The notes below the pieces were generated by a model. It was not told the origin of the DNA. It did not search any database and saw only the letters and a list, made by a program, of their open reading frames with translations. Both the position numbers and the translations under genes were made by a program. Below, one piece after another: positions 9,446-19,407 of a stretch of DNA of 64,000 bases. Origin of the DNA: a virus; IMG/VR virus record IMGVR_UViG_3300011112_000003, positions 1 to 64,000 of that record; one strand, written 5' to 3'. Positions within the stretch are counted from its first letter, which is position 1, and every line of letters begins with the position of its first letter.

Positions 9446-9976
9446 CTACATCACCGGGACGTCGATGCCATCAAGTATGTCACGGCCCGCCTGCTGGTTC
9501 TTCAGAGCCTTCTTCTTCACCCGCTCGAACCTGCGGATGCGTGCGGTGCCTCCGGCGCTCCTGGGCAGCCTGTCGACGGCGCGGTAGGCCAAATCGGAGG
9601 CCCGCTGTTCATAGAATCCGTTTCGCACTTTGATAACCGCGTCTGAAGTCGTCTGCGCTTGCTCCTGGATGGGCGCAATCATCGTGACGACTTCCGCCTT
9701 TTTGATAGGGTCCTCGTGTGCGGGCAGCTGTGCATGGGCAGTCGAGCTGGTGTTGTGTTTCACGAGGTCGTCTGCCTTCAACAGGGTTCCCGTGAAAGTC
9801 ATCAGGGTCACCATCCCGAGGATGATGAAGCCGATAACTCCCACGGCAGTCTTCCAGGACATCGAGACTCCCGTCTTGTCGACGTTGACCATTGTGGGAC
9901 GGCTGTCGCCCGGTGGCGGGTTCGAGTGGGCGTCGGTGGATGAATCATGTGCTGACACTGCTGTGACCTCCGTCAC
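9446..9976 (-). CDS. Membrane protein (single TM; start uncertain)
   Basis: Hydrophobic stretch AVGVIGFIILGMVTLMTFTG. Confidence 0.45.
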   Translation of the reverse strand: MTEVTAVSAHDSSTDAHSNPPPGDSRPTMVNVDKTGVSMSWKTAVGVIGFIILGMVTLMTFTGTLLKADDLVKHNTSSTAHAQLPAHEDPIKKAEVVTMIAPIQEQAQTTSDAVIKVRNGFYEQRASDLAYRAVDRLPRSAGGTARIRRFERVKKKALKNQQAGRDILDGIDVPVM

Positions 9977-10132
9977 AAGCCTAAACTGGGTGCCCTGCAT
10001 TGGCCAAGTGCCCTGAGCCCTCTTGTCACCCCGCGGGGTGACAATCCGCCCTCGAAAGCTAGCATGCGGGGGATCCCTCACTATCAACGAAGGGCGTTGG
10101 GTAAGCTGCCCAGGGTCGGGCTCCCGGTTAGG

Positions 10133-10363
10133 TTACCGTGCCGCCTTCGAGATCTCCGGTGCGCCCCCTACCTCGAAATCGTCTTCTGACATTTCCACGC
10201 CGACGCGCTCGACCACGACTTCGGTGCCGTCAACGTTCACCGATGTGGGCAGATCGGGCCGCTCGATCGCGTCGCCGGTCTCGACGTCGATCTCGACGTC
10301 GGGCAGCCGGTAGTAGTGTAACCCGTCGCGCCCCTTGCGTATTTCATCGAAGCTAGTGGCCAT
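10133..10363 (-). CDS. Hypothetical protein
   Basis: GAGG RBS before MATSFDEIRK. Confidence 0.5.
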   Translation of the reverse strand: MATSFDEIRKGRDGLHYYRLPDVEIDVETGDAIERPDLPTSVNVDGTEVVVERVGVEMSEDDFEVGGAPEISKAAR

Positions 10364-10569
10364 GTGGGCCTCAGGTACGAAGTTCCGGAGCGCGATACCG
10401 TAGGCGGCGGACGGCAACACACCTGCAGACCGCCCCTCACTCGCGGGGCGGTAGCGGGACGGTCGACGCTCACGTTTGGCGCTTTCGATCTCTAGGGACT
10501 GCAGCGTGGCGTGGTCACCCCGGACGGCGTCGCGTCTGGTGGTTACGCCTTTCCTGATCTGCCTCAGTC

Positions 10570-13500
10570 TCATGGTGTGATCCCCGCGTCTGCGAGCAAC
10601 GTTGCCGTGATGTTTGTCACCTGCCCCGCAGTAAGCGCGCCCGTGGTGATGCCCGCGGAGCGCACTCGCCCGGCTAGCTCGTCGCCGTTCGTGTGGTTGG
10701 CCCCCATCGTTACCTGGTCCACCGGGCCGTCCCACGTGCCCGTCTTGGTCGTCGTTCCGATCTCGACGCCATCCTCGAAAAGGAACATGTCGCTACCGTC
10801 ATACAAGCCCCGGTATAGGTGGTCACCAGCGATGTCCAAGCCGGAAATAGCTACAGCCAGCTCGAGCAGCGAACCCCCCGCACGCACCGCAAAAACCAGA
10901 TCGGTCCCAACCTGCGCGATGTAGGCGATGGTCTGCGCACCTGACTGGTCCCATGCGTTGATCACATGGCGGGTAGCCGAGACCTCGTCGTCGAAACTAG
11001 CGACAGCGAACAGGCTGACCACCGTAGTCGAGCCCCCCGCCCATAGGTCCGTGGCGGCGGTGCCCACCAAGTGCGTAGTGCCTAAGAAGTCCACCCAGTT
11101 GATGCCACCGATGCGGGTCAGGTCAGGGGGCGCTGCACCGGTGTCCGTAGGGTCGCAGTTGTGGTAGCGGTCGATCAGGGTCTCCACCTTCACCGAAGGC
11201 GAAGCAGCTTCCATCGCGCGGTCCGATGCCGTGATGTAGAAGGCACCCTCGGCCCCGGCAATGTCTACGAAGTCGTCGACGCCATGCGTGAGCCCGTTGT
11301 CGGTTTCCATGTAGGTGTCCATGTCCGCGATCTCTTGTGCGGTGAGGGTCCCAGTGGCAAGCCAACAAGCACCTAGAAACCCGTTGAAGACTAGGCCGGG
11401 AATCGTCTTTTTTCCTAGGGAGACCTCGGAGCAATCGAGAGTTAGCGTTCCAGTCTTAGGGGTACTCGCCGCGGACACCCCGTTTACGTACACCGTAATA
11501 TTCGACCCGTCGTAGTGAACCCGGTACACCTGAAGAGCACTGGGCGTGGTGGTCACATCTACGAACGACGACGAGCCCCCAGCATTCACCGACGCCCTTA
11601 GCTCGGTAGCTGAGTTAGATAGCACCCGGATGCCCGATTCATCCGCTAGTCCATCACCGAACGATACCGCCACGTCCGTGTTGCTCGGGTCCCTCCACCT
11701 AGCACTAAACCAAAGGTTGATTTCGGTCTCCCCTGAGTCCCAAAGATTCTCGGTCGCGGTGCCCTCTAGAAACTGTACCAAACCGTCGTCGAAGTCCCCG
11801 CAAGGGATGTCGTTCAGGTAGACTATGTGGGGCTGCCGGGTAACCGTAGCCTGCGAGACGCTGCAGTTGTTCGGCCCCACCGCATCGGTTAGCTCCGCGG
11901 TATCCGGATAGGTGCCCGCTACGCGGCCGGTGAAGTCCACGCCGAACACGAACTTGTTACTAATCGAAAGCGGATACAGATCCTGATTCACCAGCTCAAG
12001 CGTGACCGCGATGCGCCGAGCGCTGATATCTCCGGACCCCACCCTGTCGGTGAATAGATCGATCAGCGGCTCGGCGCCGAACACGAAGGGTACGAGCAGG
12101 TCGCACCCGAGCGCGGTGTAGTTCTCGAAGGGTTGGAACCAGTCGGCCACCTCGTCGCCGTCAATCGTGAGCAGCGCCGTGGCGCCGCCGTCAGGGCCGC
12201 CCGAGCCCCACGTGGCCGCTGTGTCCGTCTTCAACTCCAGCGCCGCCGTAACTCGGTACTCGCCCGATAGCAGCGGCGTGGCCTGCAGCGGCTCGGCTAG
12301 GATAGTCTCAGGGCCGGCGCCGTCATTGGTGATCGGCCCGATCGCCTTGGCGGTTTGGATGACTCCCAATGCAGCCAGCGCGGCTATCTTCGCGTCGGTG
12401 TCGTCACGAACTTCGACGATCGCCGCTTGCACTTCGATTGCTGCGATGTCCCCGTCAGGCGTGAACGTGACCAGAGCGGCGCTGTAGTCCCCGGCATTAG
12501 CCAAGACGATCCCAGTCCGGTCGAACACGCTAAGCACCGAGCTAGAGCCCCCCAAAACGCCCGTCGAAATCGGCACAAACTTTGCTTGAGCAGGGTTCGA
12601 TAGGTCAGTCGCATTCCCCTTGACGATGATAGCGGTTCGCCGAGTGTTCTTTATGTCGGCGACGGCCGGGACGGTCACCGGGTTCTCGGTAAACAGCGCA
12701 CTTTCAGCAGCCGCGAGCGTGTTGTACTCTGCCTGGCCGATTGTTAGGGCAGTGCCGTTATTGGAAAAGTCCATCCAATAGATGGCCCAGTTGTTCATCC
12801 CAACTGGCTGCAGCGTGTCTGAGCCATCGTCCCAGAAGCCAGCAGGTACATCAGTCTGGAACGTGAGGTTGAAGCCGCCTGCCTGCGTAGAGTCGATGTA
12901 TGACTGGAGGAAGAATGGGACCGGGTCTTGTGCAGGGTTCGGCTGCTCGTTCGGGTTCGTGATGCTAAACGCACCATTGAGAAACGGCAGGTGTGTGGAG
13001 CCTGCAGACTTAGAAATCGTCAGGTCGGACGCGGCCGCTGTGTACTGGTTTCCCTCATTGACGGAGCCCAACTTCTTCGCATAGTCGACAAGCGCCTGGG
13101 ACACATTGGCCGCGGGTTGCTGTTCGGTTGGTATGCTCGTGATGTTCGCATTGTCCACGTGGACCACGGCTTGGATGCACGCGTTAGTACGGCGCGACAC
13201 TGGGTCAGGAGCAACGTTCGTCTTGACCAGTCCTCCGTCCGGGGCAATCGCCAACGACGTGAACAACGTGGTGGCTAGGTCTAGCGGGTCCTCACCTATA
13301 AACGGCCCGAAGTCGACACGAGTCGGAGATACGGTTGGGTTGTTGGGATCGACGTGCATGGCAACGCCTGCCGCCACGTCGAACTTTGAAGGGTCTCCTC
13401 CGTTCACGGTGACCCGGCCGCCGGATATGATCCCTGTGCTGGAACTCGCGCCTACATAGAAAACCTCACCCAGTAGCGCGCCACTGATCGCTATCTCGGT

Positions 13501-13671
13501 CGCCGACTGCACGACACCGATGCCGTTAGTACCGACTATGCTGCGGAACTCTAACGCAACGCCATTCTTCTGCGCGAAGACGCCCGCTCCTCCCCCTAGG
13601 TTGGTGCCAGTGTTATCCTCACCGACTGAGGCGGGCGAGCCAAGCAGCGCTCGGGTCAGGATGGGCATCAA
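10570..13671 (-). CDS. Large virion fibre/adhesin protein with two C-terminal LamG (ConA-like) domains
   Basis: 1033 aa; N-terminal NLGGGAGVFAQK..LEFRSI; YDGSNITVYVNG and YDGSDMFLFEDG LamG motifs. Confidence 0.7.
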   Translation of the reverse strand: MMPILTRALLGSPASVGEDNTGTNLGGGAGVFAQKNGVALEFRSIVGTNGIGVVQSATEIAISGALLGEVFYVGASSSTGIISGGRVTVNGGDPSKFDVAAGVAMHVDPNNPTVSPTRVDFGPFIGEDPLDLATTLFTSLAIAPDGGLVKTNVAPDPVSRRTNACIQAVVHVDNANITSIPTEQQPAANVSQALVDYAKKLGSVNEGNQYTAAASDLTISKSAGSTHLPFLNGAFSITNPNEQPNPAQDPVPFFLQSYIDSTQAGGFNLTFQTDVPAGFWDDGSDTLQPVGMNNWAIYWMDFSNNGTALTIGQAEYNTLAAAESALFTENPVTVPAVADIKNTRRTAIIVKGNATDLSNPAQAKFVPISTGVLGGSSSVLSVFDRTGIVLANAGDYSAALVTFTPDGDIAAIEVQAAIVEVRDDTDAKIAALAALGVIQTAKAIGPITNDGAGPETILAEPLQATPLLSGEYRVTAALELKTDTAATWGSGGPDGGATALLTIDGDEVADWFQPFENYTALGCDLLVPFVFGAEPLIDLFTDRVGSGDISARRIAVTLELVNQDLYPLSISNKFVFGVDFTGRVAGTYPDTAELTDAVGPNNCSVSQATVTRQPHIVYLNDIPCGDFDDGLVQFLEGTATENLWDSGETEINLWFSARWRDPSNTDVAVSFGDGLADESGIRVLSNSATELRASVNAGGSSSFVDVTTTPSALQVYRVHYDGSNITVYVNGVSAASTPKTGTLTLDCSEVSLGKKTIPGLVFNGFLGACWLATGTLTAQEIADMDTYMETDNGLTHGVDDFVDIAGAEGAFYITASDRAMEAASPSVKVETLIDRYHNCDPTDTGAAPPDLTRIGGINWVDFLGTTHLVGTAATDLWAGGSTTVVSLFAVASFDDEVSATRHVINAWDQSGAQTIAYIAQVGTDLVFAVRAGGSLLELAVAISGLDIAGDHLYRGLYDGSDMFLFEDGVEIGTTTKTGTWDGPVDQVTMGANHTNGDELAGRVRSAGITTGALTAGQVTNITATLLADAGITP

Positions 13672-14042
13672 GCACCTCGGGAAATCAGCGTGATAAACAG
13701 ATTGGCGCTCCCGGCGGGGCTCGCCACTGCGGCAATCCGGTCGTTGTCTCCCTTCAGGATGTTGACTTCGATACCCGCGACGCCTGTCTGCGTCATCGGG
13801 AAATGCGGTACGGAAGCTGCGATCGAAATCAGTCCGCCACCTTTCACGAACTCGCCCATCGCTACCCAGATTGTAGACCCAACGCCCACATTTCCGATGT
13901 GCAGAAGATAGCGGCCCGGAGGGAATGCGCCGTCATCGTCGGTCGTCTGCGAAGCGACGTCGGCCACAGCGAGCAAACGCGTCGCACCAATCGTTGCCGC
14001 GTAGAACGCGATATCGTCATCGCCTCTATGTGCGTCACCCAT
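13668..14042 (-). CDS. Small virion protein (paralog of 14035-14418)
   Basis: DD..FYA..IG and PGRY.L shared with its neighbour. Confidence 0.55.
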   Translation of the reverse strand: MGDAHRGDDDIAFYAATIGATRLLAVADVASQTTDDDGAFPPGRYLLHIGNVGVGSTIWVAMGEFVKGGGLISIAASVPHFPMTQTGVAGIEVNILKGDNDRIAAVASPAGSANLFITLISRGA

Positions 14043-14418
14043 CGGCTGAAATCCTTGTGATCACCACATCGACGGTGCCCGCATTCGTGATGAACGTGAG
14101 CCCGTCGGATGCTGTGAATCCCCGGACATTCCCCTGCCCGGGCGGACGCGCGATGAAGATCGGTTTGAAACGCGGATTCTCAAGCAAGTCGATCGGCGTG
14201 TTGGGCGCGGCCGCCTGCGCGTTCTGCAGGTTTGCATGCGGCCCCTGACGTACCCACAGCGCCGTGGCACCCCCCGCGACATTCAGCGTGCTGAGACGGT
14301 ACCGCCCCGGCGCTAGAGCTGCTGGCAGCCCCGCCGAGACGGCACTCGCACTGACGACGATGCTATCCCCGATGCGCTCCGCGTAGAAATGCTTTAGATC
14401 GTCGCCATTCGCGGCCAT
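14035..14418 (-). CDS. Small virion protein (paralog of 13668-14042)
   Basis: DD..FYA..IG and PGRY.L shared with its neighbour. Confidence 0.55.
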   Translation of the reverse strand: MAANGDDLKHFYAERIGDSIVVSASAVSAGLPAALAPGRYRLSTLNVAGGATALWVRQGPHANLQNAQAAAPNTPIDLLENPRFKPIFIARPPGQGNVRGFTASDGLTFITNAGTVDVVITRISADG

Positions 14419-14433
14419 CGCTGCCCCTTGCTG

Positions 14434-15126
14434 CTACCCGTCGGGATAGATCGCCTTGTCCAAAACCACACGAAGCTCATCGGCGTTGAGCTTCTTCTGC
14501 GCCCCCGTCAACTCGACCTCCCATTGCTTCGCGACGCCGAGCAGCGCTGCCTTGTTCATGCCGTCCAGCTCCGGGCCCGGTACTTCACCACTCTCGCCCT
14601 CGCCCTCGCCCTCGCCCTCGCCCTCGCCACCCTCGTTGGCATCCCCCGCGGAGGTGCCCGGGCCCGGCGGTACGGGCGCGCCTGCCTCAATGGCTCGCGT
14701 GAGCTGGGCTTGCAGCGTGGTCACCTGCGCACGAAGCTCGCTCGACTCCCCGCGCAAGCGTCCGATCTCTTCGGACTTGCTCTGTACGGACAACTGCAGG
14801 TCGGCGCGCAGTGCTTCGGAGGTGCCCATCTGCCGCCTGCCCTCCGCGATGATGCCGTTGGCCTCGCCGAGCTGCGTTTGTAGCGCTTCCAGCTCACCGG
14901 GGCGCCCCGCAGCGCCCGCTTGCGCCATCGCGGCTGCCGGATCGAACGGGGACGACGCAGGGGGTGCGGCAGGCCCGCGCGCGCTGTTCGACCAGCCGGG
15001 AGTCGCTAGCAGCTGATCGGCGTGAGCCTCCTGCATTGCGAATACGCCATCGAAGTCGCCCGTATAGTTGGCGCCCTTCACGTTGACTACGACGTTCGCG
15101 AGATTCTTGTTCTGAATATTCTTCAT
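14434..15126 (-). CDS. Coiled-coil protein with small C-terminal helical domain
   Basis: Heptad region, (GE)n linker, LDGMNKAALLGVAK end; follows the capsid gene. Confidence 0.55.
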   Translation of the reverse strand: MKNIQNKNLANVVVNVKGANYTGDFDGVFAMQEAHADQLLATPGWSNSARGPAAPPASSPFDPAAAMAQAGAAGRPGELEALQTQLGEANGIIAEGRRQMGTSEALRADLQLSVQSKSEEIGRLRGESSELRAQVTTLQAQLTRAIEAGAPVPPGPGTSAGDANEGGEGEGEGEGEGESGEVPGPELDGMNKAALLGVAKQWEVELTGAQKKLNADELRVVLDKAIYPDG

Positions 15127-15149
15127 TGAGATAGACCTTTCTTATGATC

Positions 15150-15184
15150 AAAACCGGGGCGACGAGCACGCGCCCACCGCCCCG
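15150..15184 (-). terminator. Terminator after major capsid gene
   Basis: CGGGGCG...CGCCCCG hairpin followed by GTTTT. Confidence 0.6.
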
Positions 15185-15210
15185 ACTCTACCAGCGGCCT
15201 GGTCTACGAG

Positions 15211-16623
15211 CTACAGCGAGCCAGCGGCGCGACCGACGTTCTTGACCACGATGTTCTTCGCGGGCGTGTACATCTTCACGCCACCGTAGAGCACCTGAGC
15301 CCAGCGGATGCTGGTGTCGACGGCCGCAAGCGGAATGCGGGTCATCGGCAAGAGCTGCGCCCAGCTGAATGAACGCTGGTTCTGCATGAGCACGAAGCCC
15401 GTGGACGTCCCGGGGATGTCCGCGTTGTTGTCGGTGACCACCTGGGTTGCCGCCGTGCGCGGGATGCGGATCATGAGGCGCGCGGTATTGGCTGCGCCGC
15501 CAACCTCGGACCGATAGATCTCGTAGTAGGTCGGGTTCTGCCCGTTGTCCTGGATGGTGAACGTCACCTGGTCGCCAGCCACCACGGCCACGGCGGCACT
15601 GGTCACGGGGGCGGACAGGCCAAAGCGGTTGCCCGCAACCACCTGGTAGATGTACATGCCCGCGTCAGCGACGACGAACTGCGACAACGGGTTGGCGGCA
15701 GCGGCAGGCGCCACGATGATGCTCGGCAGGTTGGGCCGTTTGTCTGTCTTGCCCAGTCCGTTGGTGGGCGAAAGCGGGCCCTCCTGGATGAACACGTGGT
15801 CATGCAGGTTGATGCGTCCGTGCTGCCCCTGGAAGGCCGTGACGGTCGCGCCGAGCACACCGGGTGCCGGGGAGTAGGCGAAGCGCTGCCGCTCGTAGAC
15901 CTGCTTGGCGAGGTCGGCGAAAGCGCCTGTCGCGAAGTAGGCATCGGTTGCGGTGCCGAAGTTCTGGCGAATGCGCAACAGCATGTCGTTGAGCGCGTTC
16001 TCGCTGAGCGGCGCGCCGCGCAGGTCGATGACGTTGTTGGGCGCACCGTCGGTGATGAGCTTCTGGAGTCCGTCGAACTGCTCGGGGATGAGCGTGGAGT
16101 CGCCGAAGAACAGAGCGTTCTCGTTGTTCTTCAGGAGATCCATGGTCTTGTTCATGGTCTCCATCGCGATCACGTTGCCGGTGCTCGCCCGGATGGTGTT
16201 CGCGACGTGGGTCACACGCCCGGTCACGCCGAGATACTTGATAAGCATCGTGACGCGCTCGTAGGTGCTGTCCTCTTCCTCGGGCAGATCACCTTCCCCC
16301 ATGAAGCCCAGGTTGAACCTGGTCGACCCGCCCTGGCCGTAGCTCAGAAGGCGATTGAACTCCTCGACCGTATTGGTCGCGGGGATCTTCGGGATGGTCT
16401 TGAAGAGCTTGATCTCATCCATCTCGTAGGTGAGATTCTTCATCGTCCCTTCGAGGGATTCGACGCGCAGCGGGAAGCCTACGCCGGGCGCTACGCCCGG
16501 ATCGTTGACGTCGTTGCCCGCGACAAGGGCTTTGCGGAGGTCCGCGATTTCGTCGCCAGCGGACGAGCCGTAGCCACTGTAATCGCGGTAGTCCTGCGCT
16601 GAAATGAATGCTCCGACTGACAT
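15211..16623 (-). CDS. Major capsid protein (SPO1/Twort-like)
   Basis: LRKAL.AG, LRVESLE.T.K.LT, A.NTVEEFNR, E.ALFFGDS, QFDGL; AAGGAG RBS. Confidence 0.92.
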   Translation of the reverse strand: MSVGAFISAQDYRDYSGYGSSAGDEIADLRKALVAGNDVNDPGVAPGVGFPLRVESLEGTMKNLTYEMDEIKLFKTIPKIPATNTVEEFNRLLSYGQGGSTRFNLGFMGEGDLPEEEDSTYERVTMLIKYLGVTGRVTHVANTIRASTGNVIAMETMNKTMDLLKNNENALFFGDSTLIPEQFDGLQKLITDGAPNNVIDLRGAPLSENALNDMLLRIRQNFGTATDAYFATGAFADLAKQVYERQRFAYSPAPGVLGATVTAFQGQHGRINLHDHVFIQEGPLSPTNGLGKTDKRPNLPSIIVAPAAAANPLSQFVVADAGMYIYQVVAGNRFGLSAPVTSAAVAVVAGDQVTFTIQDNGQNPTYYEIYRSEVGGAANTARLMIRIPRTAATQVVTDNNADIPGTSTGFVLMQNQRSFSWAQLLPMTRIPLAAVDTSIRWAQVLYGGVKMYTPAKNIVVKNVGRAAGSL

Positions 16624-16689
16624 GGTGTATCTCCTTGGGGGGTCTCTCGCGGGTGCGTTTTCAGCGCAGGTGAATCGTTGGGGTTTGGC

Positions 16690-17742
16690 CTACTGGTAGG
16701 TCCGAGCGGCTTCGCTCTCACTGGGGTTGGCAACGTGGAAGTCGTTGACCGCCTTCAAGGTCTCTTCCGATGCCTGGTTGCCGCCTTCGAGCATGCCGAC
16801 GAGTTCCGCCGTTCGCTGCCCGCCGATCTCGCGCATGCCCTTCACCAGGTTCATGTAGGTGAGCGACGCGACGATCTCGGACTTCTTCAGCGGCTCTCCG
16901 GCGCCCACGCCCGCCTCGCCCGGCATGGCCTTGGCCAAAGCCGCCGCGGCCGAGGTTGAGACCGCGCCGCGCGGTGCCTGCGGGGTGGACTCGACCAGCC
17001 CGAGGCGGTTGCCCAGCTCCTCGATGACCCGGGCCTGACTCTTCATGAGCATGCCCGTCTGGTGGACCGCCCCAGCTAGCACCCGGTTGACGCCAGCCTG
17101 GTCACCGAATCCCTTCACCAGGGTGACGTTCACAGCGTCGATCTGCGTGGCCGTGTTGGCGACGTAGGCCGTGAAGAAATCGGTGCCGTCCATGAGCGGG
17201 CCCAACTCGGGGTCCGCGCGGTAGGTCTCGATCGACTTGGCCATCGGCTCGCCGCCGCCCGCGTCGCCCGCCTTGCCCATCCCCTTCGGCGTGACGTCGT
17301 GGGCTCCCGGGTAGCCCATGTAGCCCTTCATCGAGCCGTTCTTGTCGTAGTGGCTCTGCGCGTGGGCGGTCATCTTGCCCACGTAGCCCTCCATGCTCTC
17401 GTCCTCGTCTTCTTCCGGCTCCGCAGTCGCCTTGCCTGACATGGCTCCGGCGAGTGTAGTGATCTGACCCGCATCCCAACCCGCCTCTAGGAGCTTGCCG
17501 ATCATCATGTTGTCGAGGGGCTTGGGCGCGGGCGCCCTGCCTCCGCCCGTGACCGCGGCAGTCTTGGCATCCTCGCCATCAACACGACCCGAGGACTGGA
17601 TGCCATTGGCGTCCACGGTACCTCCGGCGCCGCCCTTCAGGAGATCGGTCGCAGCGGCCGACTGCGCGAGCGCGTCGAGGGCATCGCCGAGGCTATCTAC
17701 GGTGACGCCATCTGCGGCGGCGGGAGTCTGTGTTCCGGGCAT
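16690..17742 (-). CDS. Probable capsid scaffold protein
   Basis: Between protease and capsid; start MPGTQ at 17742 with GAGAGG RBS; many (L/M)xK(S/A/G) sites. Confidence 0.65.
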   Translation of the reverse strand: MPGTQTPAAADGVTVDSLGDALDALAQSAAATDLLKGGAGGTVDANGIQSSGRVDGEDAKTAAVTGGGRAPAPKPLDNMMIGKLLEAGWDAGQITTLAGAMSGKATAEPEEDEDESMEGYVGKMTAHAQSHYDKNGSMKGYMGYPGAHDVTPKGMGKAGDAGGGEPMAKSIETYRADPELGPLMDGTDFFTAYVANTATQIDAVNVTLVKGFGDQAGVNRVLAGAVHQTGMLMKSQARVIEELGNRLGLVESTPQAPRGAVSTSAAAALAKAMPGEAGVGAGEPLKKSEIVASLTYMNLVKGMREIGGQRTAELVGMLEGGNQASEETLKAVNDFHVANPSESEAARTYQ

Positions 17743-17761
17743 GGTCTTCGTTCCTCTCGGG

Positions 17762-18514
17762 CTAGGCGTGGTGCCGTGCCGTGTAGTCCACAATCTGCGT
17801 CGCGAATGCGCGACTGAATCCAGGTCGGATAGCGAGGAGCAGCTCGACGGCCGCACCCTTGGTGAGCTTCCGCTTCCGCTTCTTCTTCTCGTCGTCGTCG
17901 ACGCCTTCAAGGGCTTCGGTCTGCAACGGCTCCGCGCTCCCGGGCTCACCCGCGGGAATACTCACGGATAGCGACTTCGCGAGCACATCGAGACTCGTCT
18001 CCGTGTTCACAGGGCAGCGCGTGATCGCAACCTCGCGAACTTCAGCCTTGCGCACGATCTTCGAGTTCTTGGGGTCCCGCTTCAGGATACTGCCCTCGAC
18101 ACTAAAGCCGAGCTTGCGGCCGCTTCCGCCCTTGTGCAGGCCCTGAGCAATCTTCCACAGCGAATCGGCGCGTGGGTTGACGTCCTCGGGGAGCAGCTCG
18201 CCTTCGACGTACCAGCCCTTGTGCCCCTTCGCGAGGGTGTCGAGCCGCACCATGGTCGGGTAGCCCACGAGCGAATCGCCCGCGCCGTCATGGTTGTCGT
18301 TGAACCAGCCCTTTTTCAGGAACGGCCCGAAGTCGAGGCCCTCCTGGATAAGTGTCTCGCCCGCACGGTCCATGTGGTCCGTCGAAATGTACCCGCCGAT
18401 GAACCGCCCCGAACGCCCGTCGACCTTGGATTTCTCCATCGACTCCATTTCCATATCGAACCGAAAAACGGCCGATGGATCAGTGGGTCGGGTAGTAGGC
18501 GCGGTTTGAAGCAT
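17762..18514 (-). CDS. Prohead protease
   Basis: IGGYIST...D..GE....GLD, GWFNDNH, LGFSVEG, VAIT..PVN..T. Confidence 0.9.
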   Translation of the reverse strand: MLQTAPTTRPTDPSAVFRFDMEMESMEKSKVDGRSGRFIGGYISTDHMDRAGETLIQEGLDFGPFLKKGWFNDNHDGAGDSLVGYPTMVRLDTLAKGHKGWYVEGELLPEDVNPRADSLWKIAQGLHKGGSGRKLGFSVEGSILKRDPKNSKIVRKAEVREVAITRCPVNTETSLDVLAKSLSVSIPAGEPGSAEPLQTEALEGVDDDEKKKRKRKLTKGAAVELLLAIRPGFSRAFATQIVDYTARHHA

Positions 18515-18635
18515 TGGCTGGTCGTATTGGAAAGGGGGCGATGCCTACCGCAGCTTTTGCGGGGCGCCCCTGGATTCCTCAACCAACGAAGAACGGGCCT
18601 ACAGGATGGATACTGTTTCGGCGGCTAGGTCGATG

Positions 18636-18875
18636 TCAAGTACGATCTGCTCGGACACGGAGATGCAGACGCGGCCCAGCTTTGCGTAACTGTACCCCCT
18701 CGCCTAGCCTGCCTATGATAACTGCGCGTCTACACCGCACGCAGTTGACCTCAATATCCCCTGACTTGTGCAGGACAACCATGGTCCTTCCAAGCTTCAT
18801 TTTATCGCCAGACTCGCTCTTTCTGAAAAGAGGCTGCTGACAGTGCGGGCATGCGTTGCCTGTACCAACGGGCAT
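18636..18875 (-). CDS. Small zinc-ribbon protein
   Basis: CPHC...CVRC, next to the protease gene. Confidence 0.5.
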   Translation of the reverse strand: MPVGTGNACPHCQQPLFRKSESGDKMKLGRTMVVLHKSGDIEVNCVRCRRAVIIGRLGEGVQLRKAGPRLHLRVRADRT

Positions 18876-18912
18876 CGCTGGACCCTACCGTAAATCCAAG
18901 TAACCTGCTGCG

Positions 18913-19407
18913 ATGGTTGAGATCGATGTCTGGAAGCATGGTGTCGTGGTTGCGAAAGCAAAAGTCGACACCCAGGACATGCACTTCGGCGATCACAAGT
19001 GGTTCCTCGCCAAAGATAAGTACGCCTACCGGAAATCAGGACCTGCTACCAATAGGGTAGCGCACTTCCTACATCGAGAAATCATGGGCAACCCCCCAGG
19101 CATGCTGGTCGATCACCGCAATGGGGATGAGCTAGATTGTCAGCGCGATAACCTGCGTGTAACAGATAGAGCAGGTAACGCGCAGAACCGGCGTGGAGCT
19201 AACGCGAGATCCCGGAGTGGCGTGCGCGGGGTAAGCATTCTGCCGTCAGGAAAATACGAGGCGCGGGTGACGCACGAAGGAAAAAACTATCGTGTCGGGC
19301 CTTTCGCGGATCTAGTCAGCGCAGAACGGGCGGCCATAGCGAAGCGCCAAGAGTTCAGATTCCTCACGGGTGCGGAAGATCCCGCCGCAAGCCCAGTCGC
19401 TTCCTAG
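18913..19407 (+). CDS. HNH-AP2 homing endonuclease
   Basis: LHREIM..P.G.LVDHRNGD.LD.QRDNLR, SGVRGVS, Y.VG.F....A. Confidence 0.85.
   Translation: MVEIDVWKHGVVVAKAKVDTQDMHFGDHKWFLAKDKYAYRKSGPATNRVAHFLHREIMGNPPGMLVDHRNGDELDCQRDNLRVTDRAGNAQNRRGANARSRSGVRGVSILPSGKYEARVTHEGKNYRVGPFADLVSAERAAIAKRQEFRFLTGAEDPAASPVAS

Noticed and set aside
10570-13671. Diversity-generating retroelement target
   Set aside because: No reverse transcriptase and no TR/VR repeat pair visible in the window
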